In this document: piece after piece, positions 19,569 to 30,310 of the stretch
Numbering within the stretch: position 1 is the first letter of the stretch
Layout: every line of letters begins with the position of its first letter
Source: an uncultured Methylomirabilota bacterium
GTDB taxonomy: Bacteria > Methylomirabilota > Methylomirabilia > Methylomirabilales > 2-02-FULL-66-22
DNA length: 64,000 nt
Assembly: GCA_963705305.1 (NCBI GenBank)
Contig: OY970067.1
Span: 2,656,001 to 2,720,000 of the forward strand
Direction of reading: 5' to 3'
Translations under genes and position numbers: made by a program
Notes under the pieces: model-generated
What the model saw: the letters and a program-made list of their open reading frames with translations, nothing else
What the model was told of the DNA's origin: nothing
Databases searched by the model: none

Positions 19569-19880
19569 GTGTACGCCATCGTCGAGTCGGGGGGGAAGCA
19601 ATACCGGGTCGAGCCCGGGGTGATCGTGGATCTGGAGCGGATCCCGGGAGAGGTCGGCGCCCGGGTGGAGCTGGACCGGGTGCTGCTGGTTGCGGACGGG
19701 GGCACGGTGCGGGTGGGCCAGCCGACGCTGGCCGGCGCCAAGGTGCTCTCCGAGATCGTGGCCCAGGCCCGGGGCGAGAAGATCGACGTATTCAAGTTCA
19801 AGAAGCGGAAGAAGTATCGCCGCAAGACCGGACACCGCCAAGAGTTGACCAGGGTCCGGATTGCCGAGATCGTCGCCTGA
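19569..19880 (+). CDS. rplU: 50S ribosomal protein L21
   Basis: YAIVESGGKQYRV ... GHRQ. Confidence 0.97.
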   Translation: MYAIVESGGKQYRVEPGVIVDLERIPGEVGARVELDRVLLVADGGTVRVGQPTLAGAKVLSEIVAQARGEKIDVFKFKKRKKYRRKTGHRQELTRVRIAEIVA

Positions 19881-19931
19881 GAATGCAGCGCGGGCCGGGG
19901 CGCCAGCCTCGGCGCCGGTACGGAGGACGAG

Positions 19932-20186
19932 ATGGCGCACAAGAAGGGCGTGGGCAGCTCGCGGAACGGCCGGGATAGCGCCGGTCGCCGCCTGGGCATG
20001 AAGGCCTTTTCCGGCCAGACGGTCGGCGGGGGAAGCATCCTGGTTCGCCAGCGCGGGACCCGGTTCAAGCCGGGGAAGAACGTGGGGCGGGGCGGAGATG
20101 ACACCCTGTTTGCCAAGGTGTCTGGTGTGGTCAGTGTCGAGCAGCGGGGAGGCAACCGCTTCGTCTCCGTGACCCCTGCGGCCTGA
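19932..20186 (+). CDS. rpmA: 50S ribosomal protein L27
   Basis: [16 protein letters not shown]. Confidence 0.98.
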   Translation: MAHKKGVGSSRNGRDSAGRRLGMKAFSGQTVGGGSILVRQRGTRFKPGKNVGRGGDDTLFAKVSGVVSVEQRGGNRFVSVTPAA

Positions 20187-20268
20187 GCCGCACTCCCGTT
20201 GCCGATGGTGTGCGCGGACGTGACCGGCGATCTTCCCTGCCTCCACCCCCCTCTCTCTCCACGCCACA

Positions 20269-21303
20269 ATGTTTGTTGATATCGCCCGCATCGTCGTGCG
20301 GGCCGGGGACGGCGGCCGGGGCTGCGTGAGCTTCCGCCGCGAGAAGTACGTGCCCCGGGGCGGGCCGAACGGGGGCGACGGGGGCGACGGGGGCAGCATC
20401 TTCATCGAGGCCAGCCGCTCGTTCCGGACGCTCATCGACCAGAAGTACCAGCAGCTCTACCGGGCCAAGCGCGGCGAGCACGGACGAGGCAAAGAGCAGC
20501 ACGGTGCCCGCGGCGGGGATCTGCTCGTCAAGGTCCCCCTGGGGACGGTCGTGCGCGATGCCGAGACGGGCGAGCAGCTGGCGGACCTGATGCAGGAGGG
20601 CCAACGATTCCTGGCGGCCCGCGGCGGCCGCGGCGGCCGCGGGAACGCCCGCTTCGCCACGCCCACGCGCCGCGCGCCCCGCATCGCCGATCCCGGGACC
20701 CCGGGGGAGGCGCGCAGCCTCGTGCTGGAGATGAAACTCATCGCCAACGTCGGGCTGGTGGGGCTCCCCAATGCGGGGAAGTCCTCTCTCCTGGCGGCCT
20801 GCTCGGCCGCCCGGCCCAAGATTGCTGCCTACCCCTTCACGACCCTGACCCCGAACCTGGGCGTGGTGAACATCCCGCCGTTCGGCGGGTTCGTGGTGGC
20901 CGACATCCCCGGCCTGATCGAGGGGGCGGCCGAGGGGGCGGGGCTGGGGATCCAGTTCCTGCGCCACATCGAGCGCACCCGCCTCCTGGTCCACGTGGTG
21001 GATGTCTCCGGGCCGGCGGGGGATCCCGCGGCGGCGCTGGAGACGGTGGAGCGGGAGCTGAATGCCTACCGTCCCGCCTTGCTGTCTCTCCCGCGCATTC
21101 TGGCGGCCAACAAGACGGACCTGCCGCACGCCGCGGGGTTGGCCCAGGCCAGGCGGTGGGGGGCCGCCCGCGGGATCGAGGTCGTCTCGGTCTCGGCTCT
21201 GACGACCGAGGGGGTCCCGGCCCTGGTGGAGATGATTGCCGCCAGGCTCCGGACAGCGCAGGGGGCAGTCGATGAGCTCGCGAAAGCCGCCCCCGCCCGG
21301 TAG
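20269..21303 (+). CDS. obgE: GTPase Obg (short form without C-terminal extension)
   Basis: MFVD...GDGG.G...FRREK, GLPNAGKS, YPFTT, DIPG and NKTD motifs. Confidence 0.96.
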   Translation: MFVDIARIVVRAGDGGRGCVSFRREKYVPRGGPNGGDGGDGGSIFIEASRSFRTLIDQKYQQLYRAKRGEHGRGKEQHGARGGDLLVKVPLGTVVRDAETGEQLADLMQEGQRFLAARGGRGGRGNARFATPTRRAPRIADPGTPGEARSLVLEMKLIANVGLVGLPNAGKSSLLAACSAARPKIAAYPFTTLTPNLGVVNIPPFGGFVVADIPGLIEGAAEGAGLGIQFLRHIERTRLLVHVVDVSGPAGDPAAALETVERELNAYRPALLSLPRILAANKTDLPHAAGLAQARRWGAARGIEVVSVSALTTEGVPALVEMIAARLRTAQGAVDELAKAAPAR

Positions 21304-22429
21304 CCGGGCGGAGTGGCTGGCCCGGCCGAGGCGGATCGTCGTCAAGGTGGGCTCGGGCGTCCTGGCCCGTGGTGGGCTCGGGCTGGACCGGCCGACCATC
21401 GGCGCGCTGGCCACGGCGCTGGCCGGGCTGCATGCTCGGGGGGTCGAGACCATCCTGGTCTCCTCGGGCGCCATCCTGGCCGGGATGGAGGCGCTGGGAC
21501 TCCGGCAGCGACCGCGCGAACTGCCCCTGAAGCAGGCCGCGGCGGCGGTGGGGCAGAGCCACCTCATGCGGGCCTACGAGGAGGCGTTTCAGCCCTGCGG
21601 GCGGCGCGTCGCGCAGATCCTGCTCACCCGCGAGGACCTGCGGCACCGGGGACGCTACCTGAACGCGCGCAACACGCTGTTCACGCTGCTGGGCCTGCAG
21701 GTGGTCCCCATCGTCAACGAGAACGACACGGTGGCGGTGCAGGAGATCCAGTTCGGAGACAACGACACGCTGTCAGCGCTGGTGGCGCACATGGCCGACG
21801 CGGACCTGCTGGTGATCCTCACGGACATCGAGGGCCTGTACACGGCCGACCCGCACCGCTCCAACACGGCCGAGTTGATCCGCCTGGTCCGCCCCCAGGA
21901 TGCAGTGGGGGCGTTCTGCGCCGAGAACACCGGGAGCGCGGCCAGCATCGGGGGGATGAGCACCAAGGTCCTGGCGGCCCGGCGTGCGGCCATGGCGGGC
22001 ATTCCCACCGTGGTGGCCGACGGCGTGCGGCCCGGGGTGCTGGAGGAGATCCTGCGGGGGGGGGAGGTGGGCACGTTCTTCATGCCCTCGCGCAGCCGCA
22101 TGCGCAGCCGCCAGCGCTGGCTGGCGTTTGCCAGCGTCCCCCGGGGTGGGATCGTGGTGGATGATGGGGCCAAGCGGGCGCTGATCACGGGCAACAAGAG
22201 CCTCCTGCCCTCGGGCATCCGCGCAACGCAGCGGAGCTTCCGCGCCGGAGACGTGGTGAGCCTGGTGGACGCCCGCAACCGGGAGTTCGCCCGGGGCCTG
22301 GTCAACTACGGCCGCGAGGAGGTGGACAAGATCAAGGGGCTGCACTCCCACGAGATCGCGGGGGTCCTGGGGAGCAAGCCCTACGACGAGGTGATCCACC
22401 GGGACAACCTCGTGATCGTGGAGCCCTGA
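21272..22429 (+). CDS. proB: Glutamate 5-kinase with PUA domain
   Basis: VVKVGS, SSGA, NENDTV, FGDND and GGMSTK motifs. Confidence 0.96.
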   Translation: MSSRKPPPPGSRAEWLARPRRIVVKVGSGVLARGGLGLDRPTIGALATALAGLHARGVETILVSSGAILAGMEALGLRQRPRELPLKQAAAAVGQSHLMRAYEEAFQPCGRRVAQILLTREDLRHRGRYLNARNTLFTLLGLQVVPIVNENDTVAVQEIQFGDNDTLSALVAHMADADLLVILTDIEGLYTADPHRSNTAELIRLVRPQDAVGAFCAENTGSAASIGGMSTKVLAARRAAMAGIPTVVADGVRPGVLEEILRGGEVGTFFMPSRSRMRSRQRWLAFASVPRGGIVVDDGAKRALITGNKSLLPSGIRATQRSFRAGDVVSLVDARNREFARGLVNYGREEVDKIKGLHSHEIAGVLGSKPYDEVIHRDNLVIVEP

Positions 22430-22515
22430 GACGCCCTTCCCGGCCTATCCCGTCGGCAGAGGGACGGTGGGCGCACGGATCCGCGCCTGGGCCGGCCCGG
22501 GCGGTGAGGTGACCT

Positions 22516-23778
22516 ATGGCGGCTTTCGACATCCAGGCCATGGCCCGCGAGGCGCGGGCCGCCAGCCAGGCATTGGCCCGCGCCACGGGGGCGACCAAGA
22601 ACGCGGCCCTGCAGGCCATGGCGGCGGGCCTGCTGGAGGGCTGCGGACAGATTCTCGCCGCCAACGCGGAGGACGTGGCGGCAGCCCGCGCCGCCGGCCA
22701 GCCTTCGGCGTTCGTGGATCGGCTGACCCTCACGGAGCAGCGGGTGGAGGCCATGGCGCGGGGGGTACGCCAGGTGGCGGACCTGCCCGACCCGGTGGGG
22801 GAGATCCCGGGGATGTGGCGGCGTCCGAACGGCCTCCTGGTGGGGCGGATGCGGGTCCCCCTGGGGGTGATCGGGATCATCTACGAATCGCGCCCCAACG
22901 TCACCGCCGACGCCGCCGCGTTGTGCCTCAAGTCCGGGAACGCCGTGATCTTGCGCGGGGGCCGGGAGGCGCTCGCCTCCAACCAGGCCATCGCCAAGGT
23001 CTTGGCGGCGGCCGTCTCCTCGGTGGGGCTCCCGCCGGCCTGCCTGGCCGTGATCCCCTCCCCCGACCGGGCGGTGGTGCAGGAGTTGCTTCGCCTGCAC
23101 GGCCTGATCGACCTCGTCATTCCCCGGGGGGGCGAGGCGCTGATCCGGGCGGTGCGCGAAGGGTCCCAGATCCCGGTGCTGGCCCACGACAAGGGGCTGT
23201 GCCATACCTACGTGGACGAGGCCGCGGATCTTGCCATGGCGGCCGAGATCGCCCTCAACGCCAAGGTGGAGCGGCCCGGCGTGTGCAACGCCATGGAGAC
23301 GCTGCTGGTCCACGCGGGGGTGGCCGAGGCGTTCCTGCCGGGGCTGGTGGCGCGGCTGCAGCAAGCGGGGGTGGAGGTGCGAGGCTGCTCCCGCACGCAG
23401 CAGATGGCGGCGGGGGTGCGGGCGGCTACCGAGGCGGACTGGGACACGGAATACCTGGATCTGACGCTCTCCATCCGGGTGGTGGACAGCTTCGCGGAGG
23501 CAGTCGCCCACATCGCGCGCCACGGGTCGGGGCTGGCCGAGGCCATCGTCACCCGCGATCAGGGGCGGGCCATGCGGTTCCTGCGCGAGGTGGACGCCGG
23601 GGCCGTGTTCGTCAACGCCTCCACCCGATTCACCGACGGATACGAGTTCGGGATGGGGGCGGAGATGGGCATCAGCACGCAAAAGCTGCACGCCCGCGGT
23701 CCGGTGGGTTTGAGCGAGCTCACCTGTCAGAAGTTCATCGTCCTGGGAGAGGGGCAGGTTCGCGACTCCCGGGCCTAA
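22516..23778 (+). CDS. proA: Gamma-glutamyl phosphate reductase
   Basis: IYESRPNVT, CNAMETLLVH, NASTRFTDG and STQKLHARGP motifs. Confidence 0.97.
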   Translation: MAAFDIQAMAREARAASQALARATGATKNAALQAMAAGLLEGCGQILAANAEDVAAARAAGQPSAFVDRLTLTEQRVEAMARGVRQVADLPDPVGEIPGMWRRPNGLLVGRMRVPLGVIGIIYESRPNVTADAAALCLKSGNAVILRGGREALASNQAIAKVLAAAVSSVGLPPACLAVIPSPDRAVVQELLRLHGLIDLVIPRGGEALIRAVREGSQIPVLAHDKGLCHTYVDEAADLAMAAEIALNAKVERPGVCNAMETLLVHAGVAEAFLPGLVARLQQAGVEVRGCSRTQQMAAGVRAATEADWDTEYLDLTLSIRVVDSFAEAVAHIARHGSGLAEAIVTRDQGRAMRFLREVDAGAVFVNASTRFTDGYEFGMGAEMGISTQKLHARGPVGLSELTCQKFIVLGEGQVRDSRA

Positions 23779-23831
23779 CGGTGCGCCGCGTGCCGGAGGC
23801 AGCGCGCCGGCACCCGCACCCCGGAGATACC

Positions 23832-24527
23832 ATGCGCCTCGGCATCATGGGCGGGACATTCGACCCCATTCACCTCGGCCACCTCCGCGCGGCGGAGGAG
23901 ATCCATTGGGCCTTCGGCCTGGAGCGGATCGTCTTCGTGCCGGCGGCCCGCCCGCCCCACAAGGAGGAGGCGGTGGCGGCCTCCCCCCTGCACCGGTACG
24001 AGATGGTGTCCCTGGCCACCGTGTTCACCCCCTATTTCACCGTCTCCCCCATCGAGCTCCAGCGGGCCGGGAAATCCTACTCGGTGGAGACGGTGCGGGA
24101 GTTTCAGAAGCAGTCGGGTCCTGCCACCCGACTCTACTTCATCGTCGGAGTGGATGCCTTCCTGGAGATGTCGGAGTGGCGGGAGGCCAAGGAGCTGCTC
24201 GACCTCACCCAGGTCATCGTGACCGCGCGGCCGGGCTGGCGGCTGGACCAGGTGGAGCAGCTGCTCAGGCCGGCGCAGCGGCGCGTGCTCGGAGATCCCA
24301 CCTTCACCTACCTGAAGGTGGGGGACATCGACCTGGAGCGGTTCGAGCGCGAGGTCGTCCCGCGGCAGGTCCTGCTGGTGGAGGTCGTCTCGCTGGACAT
24401 CGCCTCGCGGGATATCCGGCACCTGGTCGAGGAGGGGCGGAGCATCCGCCACCTCGTCCCGGACACCGTGGCGGCCTACATGGCAAAGAACCGGCTTTAC
24501 CAGCGAGCCGCGGCGGCTCGGGCGTAG
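23832..24527 (+). CDS. nadD: Nicotinate-nucleotide adenylyltransferase
   Basis: GGTFDPIHLGH, PPHK, FIVGVD and IASRDIR motifs. Confidence 0.95.
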   Translation: MRLGIMGGTFDPIHLGHLRAAEEIHWAFGLERIVFVPAARPPHKEEAVAASPLHRYEMVSLATVFTPYFTVSPIELQRAGKSYSVETVREFQKQSGPATRLYFIVGVDAFLEMSEWREAKELLDLTQVIVTARPGWRLDQVEQLLRPAQRRVLGDPTFTYLKVGDIDLERFEREVVPRQVLLVEVVSLDIASRDIRHLVEEGRSIRHLVPDTVAAYMAKNRLYQRAAAARA

Positions 24528-24607
24528 GTACCGGGGATCGAGGCGCCGTTTGGGACTTGGAGGGGGGCGGCCGGCGCGAGCCCTCAGAGTGAAAAGGAGG
24601 AGGAGCC

Positions 24608-24952
24608 ATCGACTCGAGTGAGGTGGTGCGCTGGGCGGCGGACGCGGCCGCGGCAGTCAAACCGAGCTACTTGGCGATCCTGGATCTGCGGGGCCTGTGT
24701 GCGTTCACCGATCACTTCCTGATTGCCAGCGCCGCGTCCGCGCGGCAAGTGCGGGCCATCGCGGAGCGAATCGAGGAGCGGCTGGAGCGCGCTCATGTGC
24801 CCATGTCCCATCGCGAGGGGGTGGGCGAGGCCCAATGGATTTTGCTTGACTACCATGATGTCATCATTCATATTTTCGAAGACCAAACGCGCGAATTCTA
24901 TGATTTGGAGCGCCTTTGGGGGGATGCGCCGAAAGAACAGCTTCTGGGTTGA
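24608..24952 (+). CDS. rsfS: Ribosome silencing factor; probable ATC start at 24608 (alternative GTG at 24623)
   Basis: LDLRG...TD.F.IAS..S.RQV.AI and WILLDY.DVIIHIF..R.FYDLERLW motifs; follows nadD. Confidence 0.93.
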   Translation: MDSSEVVRWAADAAAAVKPSYLAILDLRGLCAFTDHFLIASAASARQVRAIAERIEERLERAHVPMSHREGVGEAQWILLDYHDVIIHIFEDQTREFYDLERLWGDAPKEQLLG

Positions 24953-25250
24953 GTTCTGATCCGGGTCACATTCGATTCGCAGCCGCTGCACCACGCGGCT
25001 TTTCCTAAACCTCGCGGAGCTTGGGCCACCGCCGCCCTTCCGCGAGGATTTCTTATTCCGGGTTTTGGGAGGGGGGCGCCCGCAGCGGGGAGAGGGTTCG
25101 GAGGGTCGTACGAGCCCCCTAAGAGGCGTCGGGGAGGCGCGCGTTGCGCGTTCACGCAGGTTGAGGAGACGGCGCATCCTGGGGCAGCATGCCGCTGATG
25201 GGCCCTCACGGGGCGGCATTCGGGCCGTCCCGGCCATGGGAGGGATGAGG

Positions 25251-25622
25251 ATGTCTGTGAAGGGAGTCAAGCTGGAGAAGTTCAAGCAGGTGCTGCTGGC
25301 CAAGCGGAGAACGCTGCTGAGCGGCGTCCAAGGGTCCAAGGCCAAGAGTCTGGAGGCCAGCAGCAGCGACGGAATCCAGGATATTGCGGATCAGGCCAGC
25401 AGCGCCTACACCAAAGAGTTCCTGCTGTCCATCGGCGACACGGAGCGCCGGATGCTGGCCCAGGTCGATGAGGCCCTGGAGAAGATTCGCCAGGAGACCT
25501 ACGGGCTGTGCGAAGTTTGCGGGGAGATGATCGGGGAGCGCCGGCTGGAGGCCTTGCCGTTTGCCAAGCTGTGCATCAACTGCCAGGAAGAGGAGGAAGA
25601 GCGGGCCAAGGCTGGTCGTTGA
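25251..25622 (+). CDS. TraR/DksA family transcription factor (C4 zinc finger)
   Basis: DIADQA (DxxDxA) and YGLCEVCGE.I..RRLEALPFA.LCINC. Confidence 0.92.
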   Translation: MSVKGVKLEKFKQVLLAKRRTLLSGVQGSKAKSLEASSSDGIQDIADQASSAYTKEFLLSIGDTERRMLAQVDEALEKIRQETYGLCEVCGEMIGERRLEALPFAKLCINCQEEEEERAKAGR

Positions 25623-25894
25623 TCCCGCACAGCGGCCCCATCTGACCCGCCGATTCTATGACGACTTCCTGGGGCGATCCCGAGTTCGTTTCTCGGAGGC
25701 CCCGCGTCCGCGGGTCCGCTCGGCCCCCGATTTTCTTCCCGAGCTTCCGCGGGTGCGACGTCACGCCGCTCCCGCCGCCGCTGCAGACTTCCCTCCAGCG
25801 CAACCGCTGCGCGGCGCCGGGCTCGAAACCGCGCATGCCGGTCCACCCGATTCCCCGCCTTTCCGTCGGGCGAGTGTCCGACCGCGTCTTCAGG

Positions 25895-28396
25895 ATGCTC
25901 CTCTGCCTGTGGGGCATGGGGTGGCTCGCCCTCGCGTCCGCGCCGGCCTGGGCGCAGAGCGGAGAGGAGGGCGCCTCCGTAGGGAACCAGATCTTCATCT
26001 GGCTGGCCCGCCTGGATGATCTGGCCCACGACCCCTCGATGCTCTGGTACGCCGGGTCGGCGGCCGCCGGCGTGGCCATTCTCTGGACCCTGTTTCAGAT
26101 CCCCCGCCTGTTGCGATGGAGTCGTGGGGGCGCCCAGCCTGCGTTTTCCCGCTCGCAGACGCGCCGGGAGGCCAAGCGCGCGGCCCGCCGCGGCGATTAC
26201 ATCGGTGCCGGACGGTTCTACGAGGCGGCGGAGGACTGGTCGGCGGCGGCCGAAGCCTACGAACAGGGGCGAGCCCTGGGGGAGGCCGCCGGTGTCTGGG
26301 CCCGACAGAGCCAGTGGGCCAAGGCGGCGCGCCTCTACGAGCAGGGGGGAGACGTGTTCCAAGCCGCGGAGATGTACGCGCGCCTCGGGAATTTCCTGAA
26401 GGCCTCCGCGCTGTACCAGAAGGTGGGCGACGACGGCCGGGCCGCCGAGGCCGCCGAGCGGGCGGGTGATCTGGAGAGGGCGGCCACGCTGTATGTGCGC
26501 GCCGAGGCATTCGACCGGGCCGCTGAGCTTTACAGCCAGATAGGTCAGCCCAGCCAGGCGGCCGAGCTCTTCGAGCGCTGGCTGACTCGCCAGCGCCTGC
26601 GCATGGAGGCGGGCCATACGGCCGAGAGCCTGCGCGTGCGGCAGACCGTCGCTCGCCGGTGCGCCGACCTGTACGCCAACTCCGGGCAGCCCGAGAAGGC
26701 GGCACGCGCCCTCCAGCAGACCGGGCTGGAGGCGGATGCGGGGGAGCAGTTCTGCCTGGCGGGAGACTGGGAGACGGGGCTCGATCTGCTCCTGCGCCAC
26801 CGGGCTTATGACCGAGCGGTCGCCTTGTGCCGCGCCCACGGTCTGGAGCGGCGGCTACACGTCGTCCAGGGGGAGAGGCTGGCCGCGGAGGGGGCCGAGG
26901 CGGCGGCCGCCCGCGAGTTCGAGGCGGGGGAGCTGTGGTGGCGGGCCGCGGAGATGTACGAGCGGGTTCGAGATTATCCCAAGGCGGCGGAGATGCAGAG
27001 CCGTCACGGGGACTATGGGCGGGCGGCCGAGATGCTGGCGGCCGCCAAGCGGCCGGCCGAGGCGGCGGCGGCGCTGGAGCGGGCCGGCAAGCGACGGGAG
27101 GCGGCTGAATACTACCAGCGGGCCGGGGCTCCCCGCGAAGCGGCGCGGGTGCTGCGGGAGGTGGGCGACTTCTACGGGGCGGGGATGCTTTTGCTCCAGG
27201 CAAAGTCGACGGATGAGGCGATGGTCCTGCTGCAGCAGGTGGGACCGGAATCCAAGCGGTACCTGGAGGCCACCGTCGCCCTGGGCGACCTGTTTTTGCA
27301 GCGCGGCATGGACGGGCCGGCGCGGGAGAAGTTCGAGAAGGCGACGGCGATGCGGCCGATTGCGCCGGACTTCGTCCATCCCACCTATCAGCTGGCCGCG
27401 ATCCACGAGCGCCAGGGAAACCTGCCGGAGGCGCTCCGACTGCTGGAAAAGGTCGTGGCGGAGCAGTTCGACTTCCGGGACGTGCAGGCGCGCATCACCC
27501 GACTGCGCGAGCGCCTGGCGCCGGCCGGGGCTCCGGGGGGCGAGGCCACCCAGGTCGTCAGCCCTTCCAGCCGGGCGCGCTATCGCATCGTCAAGGAGCT
27601 GGGCCGCGGCGGCATGGGGATCGTCTATCGGGCGGAGGACGAGGTCCTGCAGCGGACGGTGGCCTACAAGGTGCTGCCCGATGCCATTCGGGAAGATCCC
27701 AAGGCGCTGGAGGCATTCTTCCGCGAGGCCCGCATCGCCGCCTCCCTGCACCACCCCAACATCGTCACCATCTTCGACGCCGGGCAGTCGGCCGACGAGG
27801 TCTACATCGCCATGGAGTACGTGGAGGGCCGCTCGCTCCAGGAGATTCTGGAGGAGGCGGGGGCCCTGCCGCTGCCGCAGGCGGTGAAGATGTTCCGGCA
27901 AGCCTGTCAGAGCCTGGCCCACGCCCACGGCCAGAAGATCGTCCACCGGGATGTGAAGCCCGGCAACATGATGATCACCCGCGACGGGATCGTGAAGTTG
28001 ATGGACTTCGGCCTGGCCGCGGTGGTCACCCAGGCCACGGCCAAGGTGACCTCGGTGCGGGGAACCCCCTACTACATGGCCCCCGAGCAGATCATGGGCG
28101 AGCCCATCTCGGCATTGTCGGATCAGTATTCCCTGGGGTGCACCCTCTACCACATGGTCGCCGGCCACCCGCCATTCGTGGACGGCGACGTGCTGTACCA
28201 CCACATCCATACCCCCCCCGTGCCGGCGCGAGAGCAGAACGCCAAGGTCCCGAAGTGGCTGGATGCGGTCATCCTGCGAACCATGGCCAAGCGCCCGGAG
28301 CGGCGGTTTTCGTCGGTGGCGTCCCTGCTGCAGAATATGGATACCTTCCTGAACAGCCTCCGGCTGGAACCCCAGAGCGGTGAGCGCACCCCATGA
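25895..28396 (+). CDS. Membrane-anchored TPR/SNAP-like repeat Ser/Thr protein kinase (start uncertain)
   Basis: N-terminal hydrophobic segments, many AA.LYE.AG repeats, and a C-terminal Hanks kinase (LGRGGMG.VY, VAYK, HRDVKPGN, DFG, APE). Confidence 0.88.
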   Translation: MLLCLWGMGWLALASAPAWAQSGEEGASVGNQIFIWLARLDDLAHDPSMLWYAGSAAAGVAILWTLFQIPRLLRWSRGGAQPAFSRSQTRREAKRAARRGDYIGAGRFYEAAEDWSAAAEAYEQGRALGEAAGVWARQSQWAKAARLYEQGGDVFQAAEMYARLGNFLKASALYQKVGDDGRAAEAAERAGDLERAATLYVRAEAFDRAAELYSQIGQPSQAAELFERWLTRQRLRMEAGHTAESLRVRQTVARRCADLYANSGQPEKAARALQQTGLEADAGEQFCLAGDWETGLDLLLRHRAYDRAVALCRAHGLERRLHVVQGERLAAEGAEAAAAREFEAGELWWRAAEMYERVRDYPKAAEMQSRHGDYGRAAEMLAAAKRPAEAAAALERAGKRREAAEYYQRAGAPREAARVLREVGDFYGAGMLLLQAKSTDEAMVLLQQVGPESKRYLEATVALGDLFLQRGMDGPAREKFEKATAMRPIAPDFVHPTYQLAAIHERQGNLPEALRLLEKVVAEQFDFRDVQARITRLRERLAPAGAPGGEATQVVSPSSRARYRIVKELGRGGMGIVYRAEDEVLQRTVAYKVLPDAIREDPKALEAFFREARIAASLHHPNIVTIFDAGQSADEVYIAMEYVEGRSLQEILEEAGALPLPQAVKMFRQACQSLAHAHGQKIVHRDVKPGNMMITRDGIVKLMDFGLAAVVTQATAKVTSVRGTPYYMAPEQIMGEPISALSDQYSLGCTLYHMVAGHPPFVDGDVLYHHIHTPPVPAREQNAKVPKWLDAVILRTMAKRPERRFSSVASLLQNMDTFLNSLRLEPQSGERTP

Positions 28397-29007
28397 CGGT
28401 CCGCCCGGTCCGCGCCCGCTGCGGCTGGTCGTTTCCGGCCCCGGCGGCCGCCGTCGGGACCACACGCCCTCTCTGCCAACGCTGCCGCACCGCCCGGGAC
28501 TGGTTCCAGGTCGCCCGGGCTGCGCTCTGCTATGGCGAGGGCGGCGTGGCGCGGGAGGTTATCCTCTTTTGCAAGCACGGCAGACAGCTGCCCATGCTGC
28601 GACAGCTCGGGGATCTCCTGGCCGAGGAGGCCCAGTTGCGTCTGCACCTCGAGGAGTGGGAGGCCCTGGTCCCCGTGCCGCTGCACTGGTCCCGGCGCTG
28701 GCGGCGGGGCTTCAACTAGGCGGAGATTCTGGCCCGGGCGGTCGGCCGCCGCCACGGGTTGCCCGTGCTCCGACGGGCCCTCCGGCGGGTGCGCGCGACC
28801 GCGCCCCAGCAGGGGGATTACGCCGCCAGACGGCAAAACGTCCGCGATGCCTTCGCGGTGCGCGCACCCCGGCGGGTGGTGGGGCGGCGGCTGCTCCTGG
28901 TGGACGACGTCTTCACGACCGGAGCCACGGCGAACGCCTGCGCGCGGACCTTGCGCCGGGCCGGCGTCGCCGCCGTCGGCGTGCTTACCCTGGCCCGGGT
29001 GGAGTGA
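28393..29007 (+). pseudogene. comF: ComF family phosphoribosyltransferase-like gene interrupted by an in-frame TAG at 28717-28719
   Basis: VPVPLH..R...RGFN*AE.LA, continuing in the same frame to LLVDDVFTTGATA. Confidence 0.85.
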
Positions 29008-29074
29008 GTTGCGGGAGGCGGAAATCGGGGGCTGCAGCGGGGCGAAGCGGACCCTCCCCGCCGGCCGTTGGTAT

Positions 29075-29103
29075 TTGACATTTCCCGGCGCTTCCTCTAC
29101 CAT
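29075..29103 (+). promoter_or_regulatory. sigma70-type promoter of the gap operon
   Basis: TTGACA-N17-TACCAT. Confidence 0.65.
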
Positions 29104-29181
29104 GAGAAATCGGTCAGATCGGAGGCTGCGGCCATCCCCCGCACCGTGCGGGGATTTCGTTTTTCCACGTCAAGGAACTGA

Positions 29182-30198
<1,017 letters not shown>

Positions 30199-30310
30199 TC
30201 GCCCGGCCCCGCGTGGCCCGACCCTGGGGTGCGGCCTCGGGAGGCGGCCCCGGGTCCCCGGGTGCGTTCGGCGGCCCGCGCTCCGGCCGGCGAGAAGGAA
30301 GGATGGCGCC

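Noticed and set aside
28717..28719. Pyrrolysine or recoded TAG in comF
   Set aside because: The position is a conserved Gln (a single C-to-T change), other decay is visible, no pyl genes are in the window, and TAG is used as a normal stop nearby.
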